Source of the DNA: Parcubacteria group bacterium GW2011_GWD2_38_12
Lineage (GTDB): Bacteria > Patescibacteriota > Minisyncoccia > GWC2-36-17
Reading direction: 5' to 3'
NCBI GenBank assembly: GCA_000992345.1
Contig: LBUA01000003.1
Span: 1 to 47,369, forward strand
Length of the DNA: 47,369 nt
Of this stretch, positions 36,044 to 46,354 are shown in pieces. Made by a program: the position numbers and the translations under genes. The stretch's first letter is position 1. Every line of letters starts with the position of its first letter. The notes under the pieces are model-generated. The model saw nothing but the letters and a program-made list of their open reading frames with translations, did not search any database and was not told the origin of the DNA.

Positions 36044-36406
36044 ATGAATCCGTATATTCTTGTTTTAATATCTATAATATTATCATCTCTGGGCCAAATT
36101 CTTCTCAAGATAGGGGCTAATTCATTCACGGAAATACGTCTTTCCGCCGACAATTTTACCGTTATTATTTATAAAATGATAAAAAATCCTTCAATGATAC
36201 TTGGGGTTATTGTTTTTGCTACAAGTTTTTTTATTTGGATACTTTCTTTGTCAAAATTAAAACTCAATATTGCGTATCCGCTTACAAGCGCAACATTTGT
36301 TTTGGTTAGTTTTATGTCTGTTTTTATTTTGCATGAGCCATTTTCTTTTTATCAAATTATTGGTATTTGTTTTATTATTATCGGAATTGTTATTTTATTT
36401 CAATAA
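36044..36406 (+). CDS. SMR/EamA-family 4-TM protein (ArnE/ArnF-like flippase candidate)
   Basis: GQILLK, W...LS...L.IAYP; 120 aa. Confidence 0.82.
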   Translation: MNPYILVLISIILSSLGQILLKIGANSFTEIRLSADNFTVIIYKMIKNPSMILGVIVFATSFFIWILSLSKLKLNIAYPLTSATFVLVSFMSVFILHEPFSFYQIIGICFIIIGIVILFQ

Positions 36407-36412
36407 CTTTAA

Positions 36413-36913
36413 ATGAACGAACGAGATTTTCCCAAAATAAATCTTATTTCTCCCGTTTTATGGTTTCGCTATTTTGTGCGTTTTTTTGCAAGTTTTATTC
36501 CACCATCTTTTTTAAAGAATTTTTTTTATAGAATAACAGGAATAAAAATTGGTCGAAATGTATTTATTGGAGAGAGTGTTTATTTTATAGATGGTTTCAA
36601 AGGTGGTCTTATTGATTTAAAAGATGGAGCGGTATTGTCTCCCAAGGTTGTCGTAGTGGCAATGGCGGTTCCGGCAGAATCATTTATTGGTAAAAAATAT
36701 TATGTTACAAAAACTGCTAAAGTTACCATAGGAGAGGGGTCTTGGATTGGGGTTGGCGCGGTAGTTTTACCATCTGTTGTAATTGGTGACGGGTCTATTA
36801 TTGGAGCAAATGCCGTTGTTAATGGTCCGGTCAGATCACTTGAAATGTGGGCAGGAGTGCCGGCGAAATATATTAAAAAGGTAGAAGATTATGGATTAAG
36901 AGATAAAAACTAA
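36413..36913 (+). CDS. Hexapeptide-repeat acyltransferase
   Basis: IGEGSWIGVGAVVLPSVVIGDGSIIGANAVV, GVPAK. Confidence 0.9.
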   Translation: MNERDFPKINLISPVLWFRYFVRFFASFIPPSFLKNFFYRITGIKIGRNVFIGESVYFIDGFKGGLIDLKDGAVLSPKVVVVAMAVPAESFIGKKYYVTKTAKVTIGEGSWIGVGAVVLPSVVIGDGSIIGANAVVNGPVRSLEMWAGVPAKYIKKVEDYGLRDKN

Positions 36914-36916
36914 AAT

Positions 36917-37870
36917 ATGAAAAATAAATTAATTTCAATTGTTTTACCTCTTCATAATGAGGAAGGAAATATTAATGAGCTGTATCAGCGCCTTATTAGA
37001 ACGCTTAATACAGAAAAAAAATATGACTTTGAAATAATTTTTGTAAATGATGGCAGTATTGATTCCTCTCTTAAATTGGTGAAAGATTTGTCGTTGCGTG
37101 ATAATCGAGTTAAATATATTTCATTATCTAGGAATTTTGGGCATCAAGCGGCGTTAACTGCTGGCTTAACATATGCAAAAGGCGATGCAATTATTATGAT
37201 AGATGCTGATCTTCAACATCCTCCGGAATTAATTACTGAATTAATCACCTGTTGGGAGGATGGTTATCAAGTAGTTTACACAGTTAGAGATGAAACAAAA
37301 GATATTTCATTTTTTAAGAAGATCACGGCAAATATTTTTTATAGATTAATAAATTTAGTATCGCAAGTAAAAATAGATCCGAATAGTTCTGATTTTAGGC
37401 TTATCGATTCCAAAATCTGCGATATAATTAGGCAAAATCCCGAAAGAGAACGATTTTATCGAGGCTTGATCCCATGGATTGGTTTTCGTCAAAAATCCAT
37501 AAGATTCTGTGCTGATTCTCGATTCTCCGGTAAAACCTCATATACATTATCTAAGATGTTAAGATTTGCAATTAGTGGCATCCTTTCCTTTTCTTTCGTC
37601 CCTCTCTTGGTAATTATTGGATTGTCTATTTTTTTGGCGATTGCTTCAATAATTTATATCCTATTTGTTTTTTATCAGAAATTTATTTCTGGTCAGGCTA
37701 TTCCCGGTCAGGCATCTGTACTTATTGCGATATTAATTATAGGTAGTGTTCAGCTTCTTGCTATTTCAATTACTGCTATATATTCATATAAAACGTATCA
37801 TGAAGCTAAGAGGCGGCCGATTTATATAGTCGACGAAACCAAGGGATTTAACGATGAGCCAAAATCATAA
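36917..37870 (+). CDS. Polyprenyl-phosphate glycosyltransferase (GtrB/ArnC-like GT2)
   Basis: NDGS.D, LSRNFGHQAA, DADLQHPP, DFRL, two C-terminal TMs, RPIYIV. Confidence 0.93.
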   Translation: MKNKLISIVLPLHNEEGNINELYQRLIRTLNTEKKYDFEIIFVNDGSIDSSLKLVKDLSLRDNRVKYISLSRNFGHQAALTAGLTYAKGDAIIMIDADLQHPPELITELITCWEDGYQVVYTVRDETKDISFFKKITANIFYRLINLVSQVKIDPNSSDFRLIDSKICDIIRQNPERERFYRGLIPWIGFRQKSIRFCADSRFSGKTSYTLSKMLRFAISGILSFSFVPLLVIIGLSIFLAIASIIYILFVFYQKFISGQAIPGQASVLIAILIIGSVQLLAISITAIYSYKTYHEAKRRPIYIVDETKGFNDEPKS

Positions 37871-38694
37871 TGAATCATATAATTATTAATGCCGATGATC
37901 TCGGGCTAACTAATAGTGTCAATAAAGGAATATTTGAAGCAATTGATGCAGGCGTGGTCAGTGATGTATCCCTTTTGGCTGTAGGCGATGGATATGACGA
38001 CGCAGTAAAAGGTCTTCTAGAGAGAAATATCAAAACAATAGGATTGCATTTTTGTATAGTTGATAAAGAAAAGCCATTAAGTTTACCAAGCGAAGCATCA
38101 TTGATCTGTGAGAACGACGGGAGTTTTTTTACTAATCGAAATAGGATATTTGCGAAAATTCTTTTCAAGAAAGATGAAACATTGAAATTTATTAAAAGAG
38201 AACTTGAGTTACAAATAAAAAAAATAAAAAATTCAGGATTTAAAATAACCCATTTTGATTCTCACCAGCACGTTCATCTTTTTCCCGGGATTGCCGACAT
38301 TTTTGTTGAAACATGTTATCGTCATAATATCCCATTTATGAGACTTCCGAAAACACTCTCCCTAAGGAGTCCGTTGACGGGGTTTGCGGTGGGAATTTTT
38401 GCATGGCGACTTGAAAGGTTGCTTAAAAAATATAATATTAAGTTTGTGCCTTTTTGCGGTTTTGAATATAGCGGTTGTCTTACGGAAGAAAAATTAAGAA
38501 AAATTTTAATCCAAGCAAAACAAAAATTTGCGTCAGAGTTTATGGTGCATCCCGGAAAAAATGATAATTATACTCAAGAGAAATACGCGCACTGGAATTA
38601 TGATTGGAGCTCGGAATTGTCCTTATTATTAAATAACAAACATTTAATTAATGATTTAAGTCTTAAGTTAATAAATTTTGAATACTTGCTCTAG
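37870..38694 (+). CDS. YdjC/ChbG/HpnK-family carbohydrate deacetylase
   Basis: NADDLG, GLH, HFDSHQHVH, MVHPG. Confidence 0.93.
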   Translation: MNHIIINADDLGLTNSVNKGIFEAIDAGVVSDVSLLAVGDGYDDAVKGLLERNIKTIGLHFCIVDKEKPLSLPSEASLICENDGSFFTNRNRIFAKILFKKDETLKFIKRELELQIKKIKNSGFKITHFDSHQHVHLFPGIADIFVETCYRHNIPFMRLPKTLSLRSPLTGFAVGIFAWRLERLLKKYNIKFVPFCGFEYSGCLTEEKLRKILIQAKQKFASEFMVHPGKNDNYTQEKYAHWNYDWSSELSLLLNNKHLINDLSLKLINFEYLL

Positions 38695-38704
38695 AAAATA
38701 AATC

Positions 38705-39556
38705 ATGAATTGCCCTAATTGCAACAGTCAAAAAAATAAAATTCGTTTTTCTTTAGATACATACAAAATTGTCAAATGCTTAAATTGCGGAGTGTTTTAT
38801 AATCGCGATTTCCCAGAAAAAGAAGATTTAAAAGAAACATTTTCAGAAAAATATTATTCAGATATTCAAAAAGAAGCGTTTTCTTATATAAAAGAACAAA
38901 GGAATGAAGATGTCAGCTGGGATATTTACAGGCTTGGACTTGATTATATAGAGAAAAATAGCGGGAAGGGATATTTGCTTGATGTCGGCTGCGCTTTTGG
39001 TTCTTTTTTGAAATTTGCCTCTAATAGAGGTTGGCGCGTTGGAGGCGTAGAAATCTCCGAATATTCCTCTTCTTATGCAAGAGATGTCCGCGGTTTTAAT
39101 GTGCTTACGGGAAATTTATTAAATTTACCAGCCCAAAATGAGCAATTTGATGTGGTTACTTTTTGGGATTCGATTGAGCATATGAGGGAAGTAAGACAAA
39201 ATATTGAAAAAGCTTCTGCCATTTTAAAGCCGAAGGGGTATATTGTTATCACAACAGATAATTTTAATGGATTTCTTTCATTTGTGGCCTCGTTGTTTTA
39301 TTATGCTTCTTTTACATTTCTCAAATACCCAATAAGAAAATTTTTTATTCCATATAATAGTTGTTATTTGACGCATAGCAAACTTAAAACTATATTGAGC
39401 CAAGTGGGGCTGAAAGAGGTGTACTATAGGGGGATAGATTATCCATTAAGTAAAATTAAACTTAATTTTTTTGAGCGAGTAATTCTTGGTATTTTATATA
39501 AAATTGGCGACTTATTGAATATGAACAGCCAGTTTATTATAATTGCGCAGAAATAA
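38705..39556 (+). CDS. Class I SAM methyltransferase with N-terminal Zn ribbon
   Basis: CPNC...CLNCG; LLDVGCAFG; DSIEH. Confidence 0.9.
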   Translation: MNCPNCNSQKNKIRFSLDTYKIVKCLNCGVFYNRDFPEKEDLKETFSEKYYSDIQKEAFSYIKEQRNEDVSWDIYRLGLDYIEKNSGKGYLLDVGCAFGSFLKFASNRGWRVGGVEISEYSSSYARDVRGFNVLTGNLLNLPAQNEQFDVVTFWDSIEHMREVRQNIEKASAILKPKGYIVITTDNFNGFLSFVASLFYYASFTFLKYPIRKFFIPYNSCYLTHSKLKTILSQVGLKEVYYRGIDYPLSKIKLNFFERVILGILYKIGDLLNMNSQFIIIAQK

Positions 39557-39558
39557 AT

Positions 39559-41808
39559 ATGTTTTCTTTAAGAACAAAATTAAATATTGCTCTGGCGTTT
39601 TTGACAAAAAACAGGCCTTTTTATATCCAGTATTATATTACCCCTTCTTGTAATCTAAATTGTCGTATGTGTAATATTGTTGAATCCAACTTTGATCTTC
39701 GGGCAGTTGATTTGAAAACTGTTGAAAAAATTGCCGCTAATCTCAGTAAAATTGGTGCTGGAGTTGTTCTCCTCACTGGCGGCGAACCGTTTCTTAGAAA
39801 AGATTTGCCGGAAATGATAGATATTTTTACTAAATACGGTTTGAACCCCAGACTTCAGACCGCAGGCCTGCTAACTAAGCGAGAACAGTTGGAAGCATGT
39901 GCCAGAGCAGGGGCAAAAGATATAAACATTAGTCTAGATTCTCTTATTCCTGAAAAACAAGAATATATTAATGGCAGTATTCCTAATTCTTGGCATCGCG
40001 CGATAGAAACGATTGTAAACGCAAATGACGTTTTCCAAAATCCCGATAGAATATGCGCTTTTGGGACTGTGCTTTCAAAATATAATTATATGGAGATTCC
40101 GGCTATCATTGAGCTTGCGACATTTCTTGGTTGGTATGAATCTTTGGTCCCCGTACATATTACATCCCTTGAATCTCCGATGAATTTTCGCGGCACAGAT
40201 AAAGATTTTAAATTTTATTTTCCTGACGATAAAGCCGCACTTGTTGAATTGAAAGAAAAAATAATTAAAATGAAACAGGGAGGATATAATATTTTTGATA
40301 GTGATGCTTATCTTAAATCTGTTTTTTATTTTCTTGAAAATAATCATCCGACATGGAGAAAAAATAATGTTTGTGATAGTCCCAATTTATATTTTGCCAT
40401 TTTACCGAATGGTGATTTTGCCCCTTGTTGCGATCATAGATTTCAAGGAAAATTATCTGTAGCTGATAAAGATTTTCCAGCACTCTATAATTCTCCAGAG
40501 TTTAGATCGTCGGTATATAAAACCACTTCTTCGTGTGGAGGATGTAATTTTGGAAGCTATCCGGAAGTTACTTTAAGCGTTCGCGATCCAAGAGCATTTT
40601 TAAGTCGCGTAAAGATGGTTTTATTTTCTAAAAATAAAAAGATTCCAAAAAGAACATTGCCCGAAGTTTATGAATTTATAGAACATCTCCGCAAAAAGTA
40701 TAGGATTGCTCCTTTTGAGCCGCCATCAAAATCAAAAGAAGTCGCATGCAGTCAACGTTATGGATATTCTGAAAAATCTTCTCGTAAAATATCTCCTAAA
40801 ATTTTGCAAGAAAATAATCAAGATAAGCCCGAATTCAAAGTATTAGTTACCGGTGCAAATGGTTTTGTTGGCGGGGCAATTGTTGAGGCGTTGCTTAAAA
40901 TGCCCGAAATATCCGTAATCGCGACTGTCAAAAAGTCTAATGCAGAATTAATGTCTTTAGCAAATAAAAATAACAGTCTTTTAATTATAGAAGGCGTTGA
41001 TTTGACTGATAAAAAAATGCTTTCAAGAATTCCATCAGGTATTACTCATGTGGTGCATGCCGCCGCGCTTGCGCGCTTTAAAGGGGCGCAAAAAGAAGAA
41101 CTTTATCGGAATAATGTTGACTCTACGGAAAATCTATTAAATTATTTCAAGGAAACTTCACGAAATACTTTCAAAAGATTTATTTTTATTAGCACTATTG
41201 GCGTTCATGACAGACCATTAATTTATGATAAAAAAATATTAATTAAGGAAGATTCCCCATTTAAGCCAAAAAGTGACTATGGAAAATCAAAATTAAAAGG
41301 GGAGAGAATGGTGCGTCTTAGCGGATTGCCGCATATAACTATCAGACTTGGCTGGGTATATGGTCCAAAAATGAGGGAAAATTCTCACATAAGAGCGTTT
41401 TTTGCAATATGCAAGAAAAAAAGTATTATATCGCGATTTGATTTTCCTGGCAGAATTAGTCTGGCTTATATTGACGATGTCGCAGAAGCTATTAAAGATT
41501 TGATTTTTAGGGAAAATCTTTCGCATAACACATATCTTATGGCAAGCGATGAGACCATTTCAATAGGGGATATTTTTAGAATATTTCGTCAAAAACTTGG
41601 ATATAGTGGAAAAATGATCTCTTTTCCCAACACCGCGCGACGCATACTTAATGTAGTGACTCCAATTTTTCCTATGGAAATAAGATCGCTTTTTGAAAAT
41701 TATCTTGTATGTAATGTAGATAATCTTAAATCTGAAGAAATTCAACTTAAGACCCTGTTCTCAAGGGGAATTGATCAATGTTTTGAAAGTTGGTTTAAAA
41801 AAATATGA
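39559..41808 (+). CDS. Fusion: radical SAM (SPASM/twitch-like) + NAD-dependent epimerase/dehydratase
   Basis: CNLNCRMC, TGGEP, auxiliary Cys (C, CC, CGGC); then TGANGFVG, HAAA, IST, YGKSK. Confidence 0.88.
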   Translation: MFSLRTKLNIALAFLTKNRPFYIQYYITPSCNLNCRMCNIVESNFDLRAVDLKTVEKIAANLSKIGAGVVLLTGGEPFLRKDLPEMIDIFTKYGLNPRLQTAGLLTKREQLEACARAGAKDINISLDSLIPEKQEYINGSIPNSWHRAIETIVNANDVFQNPDRICAFGTVLSKYNYMEIPAIIELATFLGWYESLVPVHITSLESPMNFRGTDKDFKFYFPDDKAALVELKEKIIKMKQGGYNIFDSDAYLKSVFYFLENNHPTWRKNNVCDSPNLYFAILPNGDFAPCCDHRFQGKLSVADKDFPALYNSPEFRSSVYKTTSSCGGCNFGSYPEVTLSVRDPRAFLSRVKMVLFSKNKKIPKRTLPEVYEFIEHLRKKYRIAPFEPPSKSKEVACSQRYGYSEKSSRKISPKILQENNQDKPEFKVLVTGANGFVGGAIVEALLKMPEISVIATVKKSNAELMSLANKNNSLLIIEGVDLTDKKMLSRIPSGITHVVHAAALARFKGAQKEELYRNNVDSTENLLNYFKETSRNTFKRFIFISTIGVHDRPLIYDKKILIKEDSPFKPKSDYGKSKLKGERMVRLSGLPHITIRLGWVYGPKMRENSHIRAFFAICKKKSIISRFDFPGRISLAYIDDVAEAIKDLIFRENLSHNTYLMASDETISIGDIFRIFRQKLGYSGKMISFPNTARRILNVVTPIFPMEIRSLFENYLVCNVDNLKSEEIQLKTLFSRGIDQCFESWFKKI

Positions 41809-42554
41809 GAAATAAATCTATTCTTATAACGGGAGCCGCTTCGGGACTTGGTGAGCAACTCGCTCTAGAAGCGCGCGCAAGAGGCTACGATCTTTATCTT
41901 GTTGATAATTCACCAAAAATTACTGATGTTGCCGCTAAAATTAATGCTAAATATTTAATTGCTGACCTTTCTGACCGAAGATCGTTAGACGAGATCGCTG
42001 AATGGGCGCGTAATGCGGAGATTATAATAAATAATGCCGGTATAGCAAAAAAGGAGGTGTTTCATAAAATGTCCACTCTAGACGCGGAAAGGGTAGTAGC
42101 GGTTAATATTTTGGCGCCGATGATTTTGAGCCGAATTTATCTTGAGCGTTTTTATAAGAGCGGTTCGGGCGCAATTATCAATATCTCCAGTTCGGCAAGC
42201 TATTTTCCGACTCCGCAAATGGCTCCATATGGTGCGTCAAAAGCGTGGTTGAACGCATTTACTGAATCTCTATTTATTGAAGTTAAAAGTTTTCCAAAAA
42301 TAAAAATTTTAGCTATTTGCCCCAGCGGGATGAATACGGATTTTCAGCAATCTAGCGGAGTTAAAAGGGATTATTCAGAGCTTCTTCTTAATCCCGTAAT
42401 TGTAGCTAAAAGAATATTTAATGATATAGAAAAAGGAAGGAGTGGAATAAGAAATTATGGAACAATGACACATTTATTCAAAATTCTAAGATCATTTTTG
42501 CCAGCAAAAATTTATTTGCGTTTGATTGGATATTTAATAAATCGCTATCGTTAA
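41805..42554 (+). CDS. Short-chain dehydrogenase/reductase
   Basis: TGAASGLG, NNAG, ISS, YGASK. Confidence 0.93.
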   Translation: MRNKSILITGAASGLGEQLALEARARGYDLYLVDNSPKITDVAAKINAKYLIADLSDRRSLDEIAEWARNAEIIINNAGIAKKEVFHKMSTLDAERVVAVNILAPMILSRIYLERFYKSGSGAIINISSSASYFPTPQMAPYGASKAWLNAFTESLFIEVKSFPKIKILAICPSGMNTDFQQSSGVKRDYSELLLNPVIVAKRIFNDIEKGRSGIRNYGTMTHLFKILRSFLPAKIYLRLIGYLINRYR

Positions 42555-42562
42555 TTTAATAA

Positions 42563-44821
42563 ATGAAAATAATTGATTTTATGAAAATAAATATTGTTAA
42601 GTTATTCAAACCAATAATTTTGGTAGCAATATGTTACACATTGCTCACTATTGTTTTTTGGGGAGCCTTTGTCCTTGATAGGGGCTTACATGCTGAAACA
42701 AAATGGATTGAGCTTAGCCAGGAACGACCGAGTTTAGAAGGATTTATTTATCCCGATAAAGACAGGCTATTTATGTCTTTGCCTTTTCATATAGCGTATA
42801 TTTTCTCTGACGGCTCTTATTTAAGTCTTCACATTTTATTCGGAATTTTTGTTTTCCTTACAGGATTTTTGAGTTATTTGATAATGCGCCATTTTTTTCC
42901 TGGTAATATTTTTTTAAATTTTTTGATAGGGGCGGTCACTCTTGTGTTTGGAGCTGACATGGCTGTTGTGTTATTGCCCATGATTGTAGTTCGCCAAGCC
43001 ATAGTTTTTATGCTTGCGGCTTTTCTTATATTTTTAATTGCCTGGAAGAAGCAAAAACCGGCGCTACTATTGGTAGTAGCGACGGCTCAACTTATATCGC
43101 TTTGGACTTATGAGGTTGGTCTTTTAATGATGCTTTGCGCGCCCTTACTTATTTGGGAAAAAGGAATTAACTGGCGAAAATGGTGGATGTGGGCGTTCGC
43201 ATGGAATATAGTGCCCGCATTAAAGGTGGCTTATATGGGGTATCGTTATTTGATTCAGCAAGAGGTTTCATATCAATCAGCGCAATTATTTTCAGCCGAC
43301 TGGTCTATTATTAATATTCCCATAAGAATGTTTCGATTTGTTTATGATGGCCTATTATTTTGGAATTGGTCGGAAGATTGGCTCGGGCCTTTCAGCGAGG
43401 GATGCACTTCCACGATGGTAAATAAAATTTCTATACCGTTAATAATTGGCGTAGTCGGATTTGCGGTTGCTATTTTTTTGATAAATAAATTTCAATCTTC
43501 GGAAGGAAAGATCCCTGTTAACAAGATTTTGTTATTTGCCACTATTTTTTCAATTTTAGCGTATTTGCCGTTTTTGCCGCTTGGGCAAATTCATCCATTT
43601 TTTAAAATGAATTGGCGGACGCATTTTTATCCAGCTTTTCCTATGGCGGTTATTTTAATAATAGCACTTTACCAAATAGGACTAATGTTGCGCACAAGGT
43701 GGATCTTATTTATCGGAAGTATTCTTATAATCGTATCCGGGCTTTTTAGCGGTATGGCCAATCAATTAGAGCAGGATAATTTTTGGGCAAGGCATCAAAA
43801 TGTTATGTCGGCGATTGTTCGTCAAGCGCCGAATATCAAAGATGATACACTTGTTGTTTTGACCAATATTCCAGATAAGCTTTTGTATTCTGTTTGTGAA
43901 AATTATCCGCCGACAAATCCGTTCGGGTCTCCGATGTGGTTTAATTCCGCTCTTCAAGTATATTATCCGAACACCCGGCTTATAGGTCTTTATACTTATG
44001 AAGGCGCCATAATGCCCGAAGCGGACTTTAAATTTAATTTTAATAAAAATGGAGTGGAGTTAGAACGTACTAGTATTAGATTGGAAGGGAAAGATTTTGG
44101 ATATGACCAGATGATTGCTTTTGAATTTGATTCGCAAAAAGGAGCAACGCTTTTAGCGAGTGACTTCCCTTCGGCTGATGTTTTGGGATCAATTAATCAT
44201 TCGGATTATAATCCCATTAAGAGAATTGATTTTAATCCTCCGCCAATAGAAACAATTAGAAAATTAGATATTGATAAAGAAATATTCATTGGCGTTTCGG
44301 AAGAGTGTTATGACGAAACTAATATGGAGAAGCGTATTAATATGCTAGATTGGGGTGGAGATAATGTTCTGCGGGAGAGCTTGGGAGTTAATTTTTACGG
44401 CATTTTGCCACTTAATCGGGAGGGTTCACTGACCATGAAAGAAAATCATTTATATTTTTTGACAAAGGACGATAAGGATCATTTGACTACTCCATTTTTA
44501 CCGCTTCAAAATTTAGAGAGCGGAGAAAAATATATTACGCTTGTTAGCGCTTGGTATGGAGATTGGTCAATTAAAGAAATTATGTCTACTAAGGGCAAAT
44601 CCGCGGCTTTAATGATGTTGCAAGATAAAAATTTTAATACGCTTGTAGAAGCCCAGCCATCAGGACAATCTTTAACGCGATTGCCTGAAGGCAAATATAC
44701 TTTATGCGCGCCGGTAAGCGCTAAAACGGAAGATGTGCGAGTTGTTTTTAAGGGTAAGTCCGGAAAGGAAGTCATAATGCCGGATAGAATTATGATTGAG
44801 CACGTTCGACTTAAGAAATAA
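42563..44821 (+). CDS. Polytopic membrane protein with large extracellular C-terminus, probable GT-C glycosyltransferase
   Basis: About 11 TMs, N-terminal loop with E and R, YE motif; operon context. Confidence 0.55.
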   Translation: MKIIDFMKINIVKLFKPIILVAICYTLLTIVFWGAFVLDRGLHAETKWIELSQERPSLEGFIYPDKDRLFMSLPFHIAYIFSDGSYLSLHILFGIFVFLTGFLSYLIMRHFFPGNIFLNFLIGAVTLVFGADMAVVLLPMIVVRQAIVFMLAAFLIFLIAWKKQKPALLLVVATAQLISLWTYEVGLLMMLCAPLLIWEKGINWRKWWMWAFAWNIVPALKVAYMGYRYLIQQEVSYQSAQLFSADWSIINIPIRMFRFVYDGLLFWNWSEDWLGPFSEGCTSTMVNKISIPLIIGVVGFAVAIFLINKFQSSEGKIPVNKILLFATIFSILAYLPFLPLGQIHPFFKMNWRTHFYPAFPMAVILIIALYQIGLMLRTRWILFIGSILIIVSGLFSGMANQLEQDNFWARHQNVMSAIVRQAPNIKDDTLVVLTNIPDKLLYSVCENYPPTNPFGSPMWFNSALQVYYPNTRLIGLYTYEGAIMPEADFKFNFNKNGVELERTSIRLEGKDFGYDQMIAFEFDSQKGATLLASDFPSADVLGSINHSDYNPIKRIDFNPPPIETIRKLDIDKEIFIGVSEECYDETNMEKRINMLDWGGDNVLRESLGVNFYGILPLNREGSLTMKENHLYFLTKDDKDHLTTPFLPLQNLESGEKYITLVSAWYGDWSIKEIMSTKGKSAALMMLQDKNFNTLVEAQPSGQSLTRLPEGKYTLCAPVSAKTEDVRVVFKGKSGKEVIMPDRIMIEHVRLKK

Positions 44822-44836
44822 TTTAATATTTATAAA

Positions 44837-45619
44837 ATGACAAAAAAAATAAAATACTACAAAGAATTAATTTGGGAATTAACTAAAAATGAATTGAAGC
44901 TCCGCTATAGCGGATCTGTTTTGGGTTTTATTTGGGTTTTTTTAAAACCATTTATGACATTTGCTATTTTGTTTATGGTATTTTCTGTTTTTTTTGGTCA
45001 ACATGACCCTTATTATAAATTCAATCTTTTAATTGGATTAGTGTTATTCTATTATTTTTCTGAAGGAACAATACAGCTCACCGATACTCTTCTCAAGAGA
45101 GCGGATATAATATTAAAGCTTAATTTTCCAAGATTTGTTGTTATTGTTTCATCGCTTCTTAGCACTTTTATTAATTTTTTAGCGTCACTCTCATTCTTTT
45201 TTGTTTTGGTTTTTCTATTTTCTAAAACAGACCACATATTTAGTATGTATGGTTTATTAATGTTTGTAATAGCAGTTATTTTCTTATCTTTGCTGATATT
45301 GGGCTTTGGTCTTTTTTCGAGCATAATTCAAGTTAAACTTCGGGATTTTCAACAAATCTGGTCTCTTTTTATTCAGCTTCTAATGTATTCCACTCCGATT
45401 ATTTATCCATTGACGATCTTGCCTGATAAATTACAGAAAATCATCCTATTAAATCCGCTTACAATTATTATTGATTTTTCAAGAAGTCAACTGTTAAATA
45501 TGCCACTTGCAGTTTCGCTAAATTCAGTGATTATTCTCGCAGTTTTTATTATTTTATTAAATGTTGCGGGATATTATTATTTTAATAATAGAATCAAAAT
45601 AATAGCGGAGAATATATAA
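44837..45619 (+). CDS. wzm: ABC-2 polysaccharide exporter permease
   Basis: LKLRYSGSVLGFIW..L.P, RDF, TPIIYP, NPL. Confidence 0.93.
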   Translation: MTKKIKYYKELIWELTKNELKLRYSGSVLGFIWVFLKPFMTFAILFMVFSVFFGQHDPYYKFNLLIGLVLFYYFSEGTIQLTDTLLKRADIILKLNFPRFVVIVSSLLSTFINFLASLSFFFVLVFLFSKTDHIFSMYGLLMFVIAVIFLSLLILGFGLFSSIIQVKLRDFQQIWSLFIQLLMYSTPIIYPLTILPDKLQKIILLNPLTIIIDFSRSQLLNMPLAVSLNSVIILAVFIILLNVAGYYYFNNRIKIIAENI

Positions 45620-45625
45620 ATTATT

Positions 45626-46351
45626 ATGATTAAAATAGAAAATTTATCAAAAACATTTTTAGTTCCGCACGAAAAGAGATTTAATATTAAAGATTATTTT
45701 ATTCATTTTTTTTCAAAAATGAATTATGAAAAATTCAATGCTTTGAACGATATTTCTTTCAACATGGAAAAAGGAGAGTGGCTAGGTATTATAGGTAGCA
45801 ATGGAGCTGGCAAGTCCACACTTCTTAAAATACTAGCCGGTATTTATTCGCCTGATTCCGGGAAAATAGTTATTAAAGGAAATGTTGTTCCGTTTTTGGA
45901 ATTGGGGGTTGGCTTTCATTCCGAACTTTCAGCGAGGGATAATATATACTTAAACGGTTTACTGCTTGGTATTCCCAGAAAAAAAATTCAGGAAAAATTT
46001 GATGAGATAATAGATTTTGCGGAAATAAGGCCCTTCGTAGACCAGAAATTAAAAAATTTTTCGTCAGGTATGCAGGCGCGGCTAGGTTTTGCTATTGCGA
46101 TGCATGCGCCGGCAGATGTATTTTTAATTGATGAAATTTTGGCGGTGGGGGATTATGCTTTTCAACAAAAAAGTTTAAATACTTTCAAGAATAAATTAAA
46201 GGATAAAACTATTGTTTTTGTTAGTCATGATATGAATAAAATAAAAGAAAATTGTAATAGGGTAATGTGGATCGCAGATGGCCGAATTAAGGAAATTGGC
46301 AATCCAGAAAAGGTAATTGCTAATTATATAATATCGGAACAAAGGGTATAA
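45626..46351 (+). CDS. wzt: ABC polysaccharide exporter ATPase without C-terminal CBD
   Basis: GSNGAGKST, FSSGMQARL, IDEILAVGD, VSH. Confidence 0.94.
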   Translation: MIKIENLSKTFLVPHEKRFNIKDYFIHFFSKMNYEKFNALNDISFNMEKGEWLGIIGSNGAGKSTLLKILAGIYSPDSGKIVIKGNVVPFLELGVGFHSELSARDNIYLNGLLLGIPRKKIQEKFDEIIDFAEIRPFVDQKLKNFSSGMQARLGFAIAMHAPADVFLIDEILAVGDYAFQQKSLNTFKNKLKDKTIVFVSHDMNKIKENCNRVMWIADGRIKEIGNPEKVIANYIISEQRV

Positions 46352-46354
46352 TTT

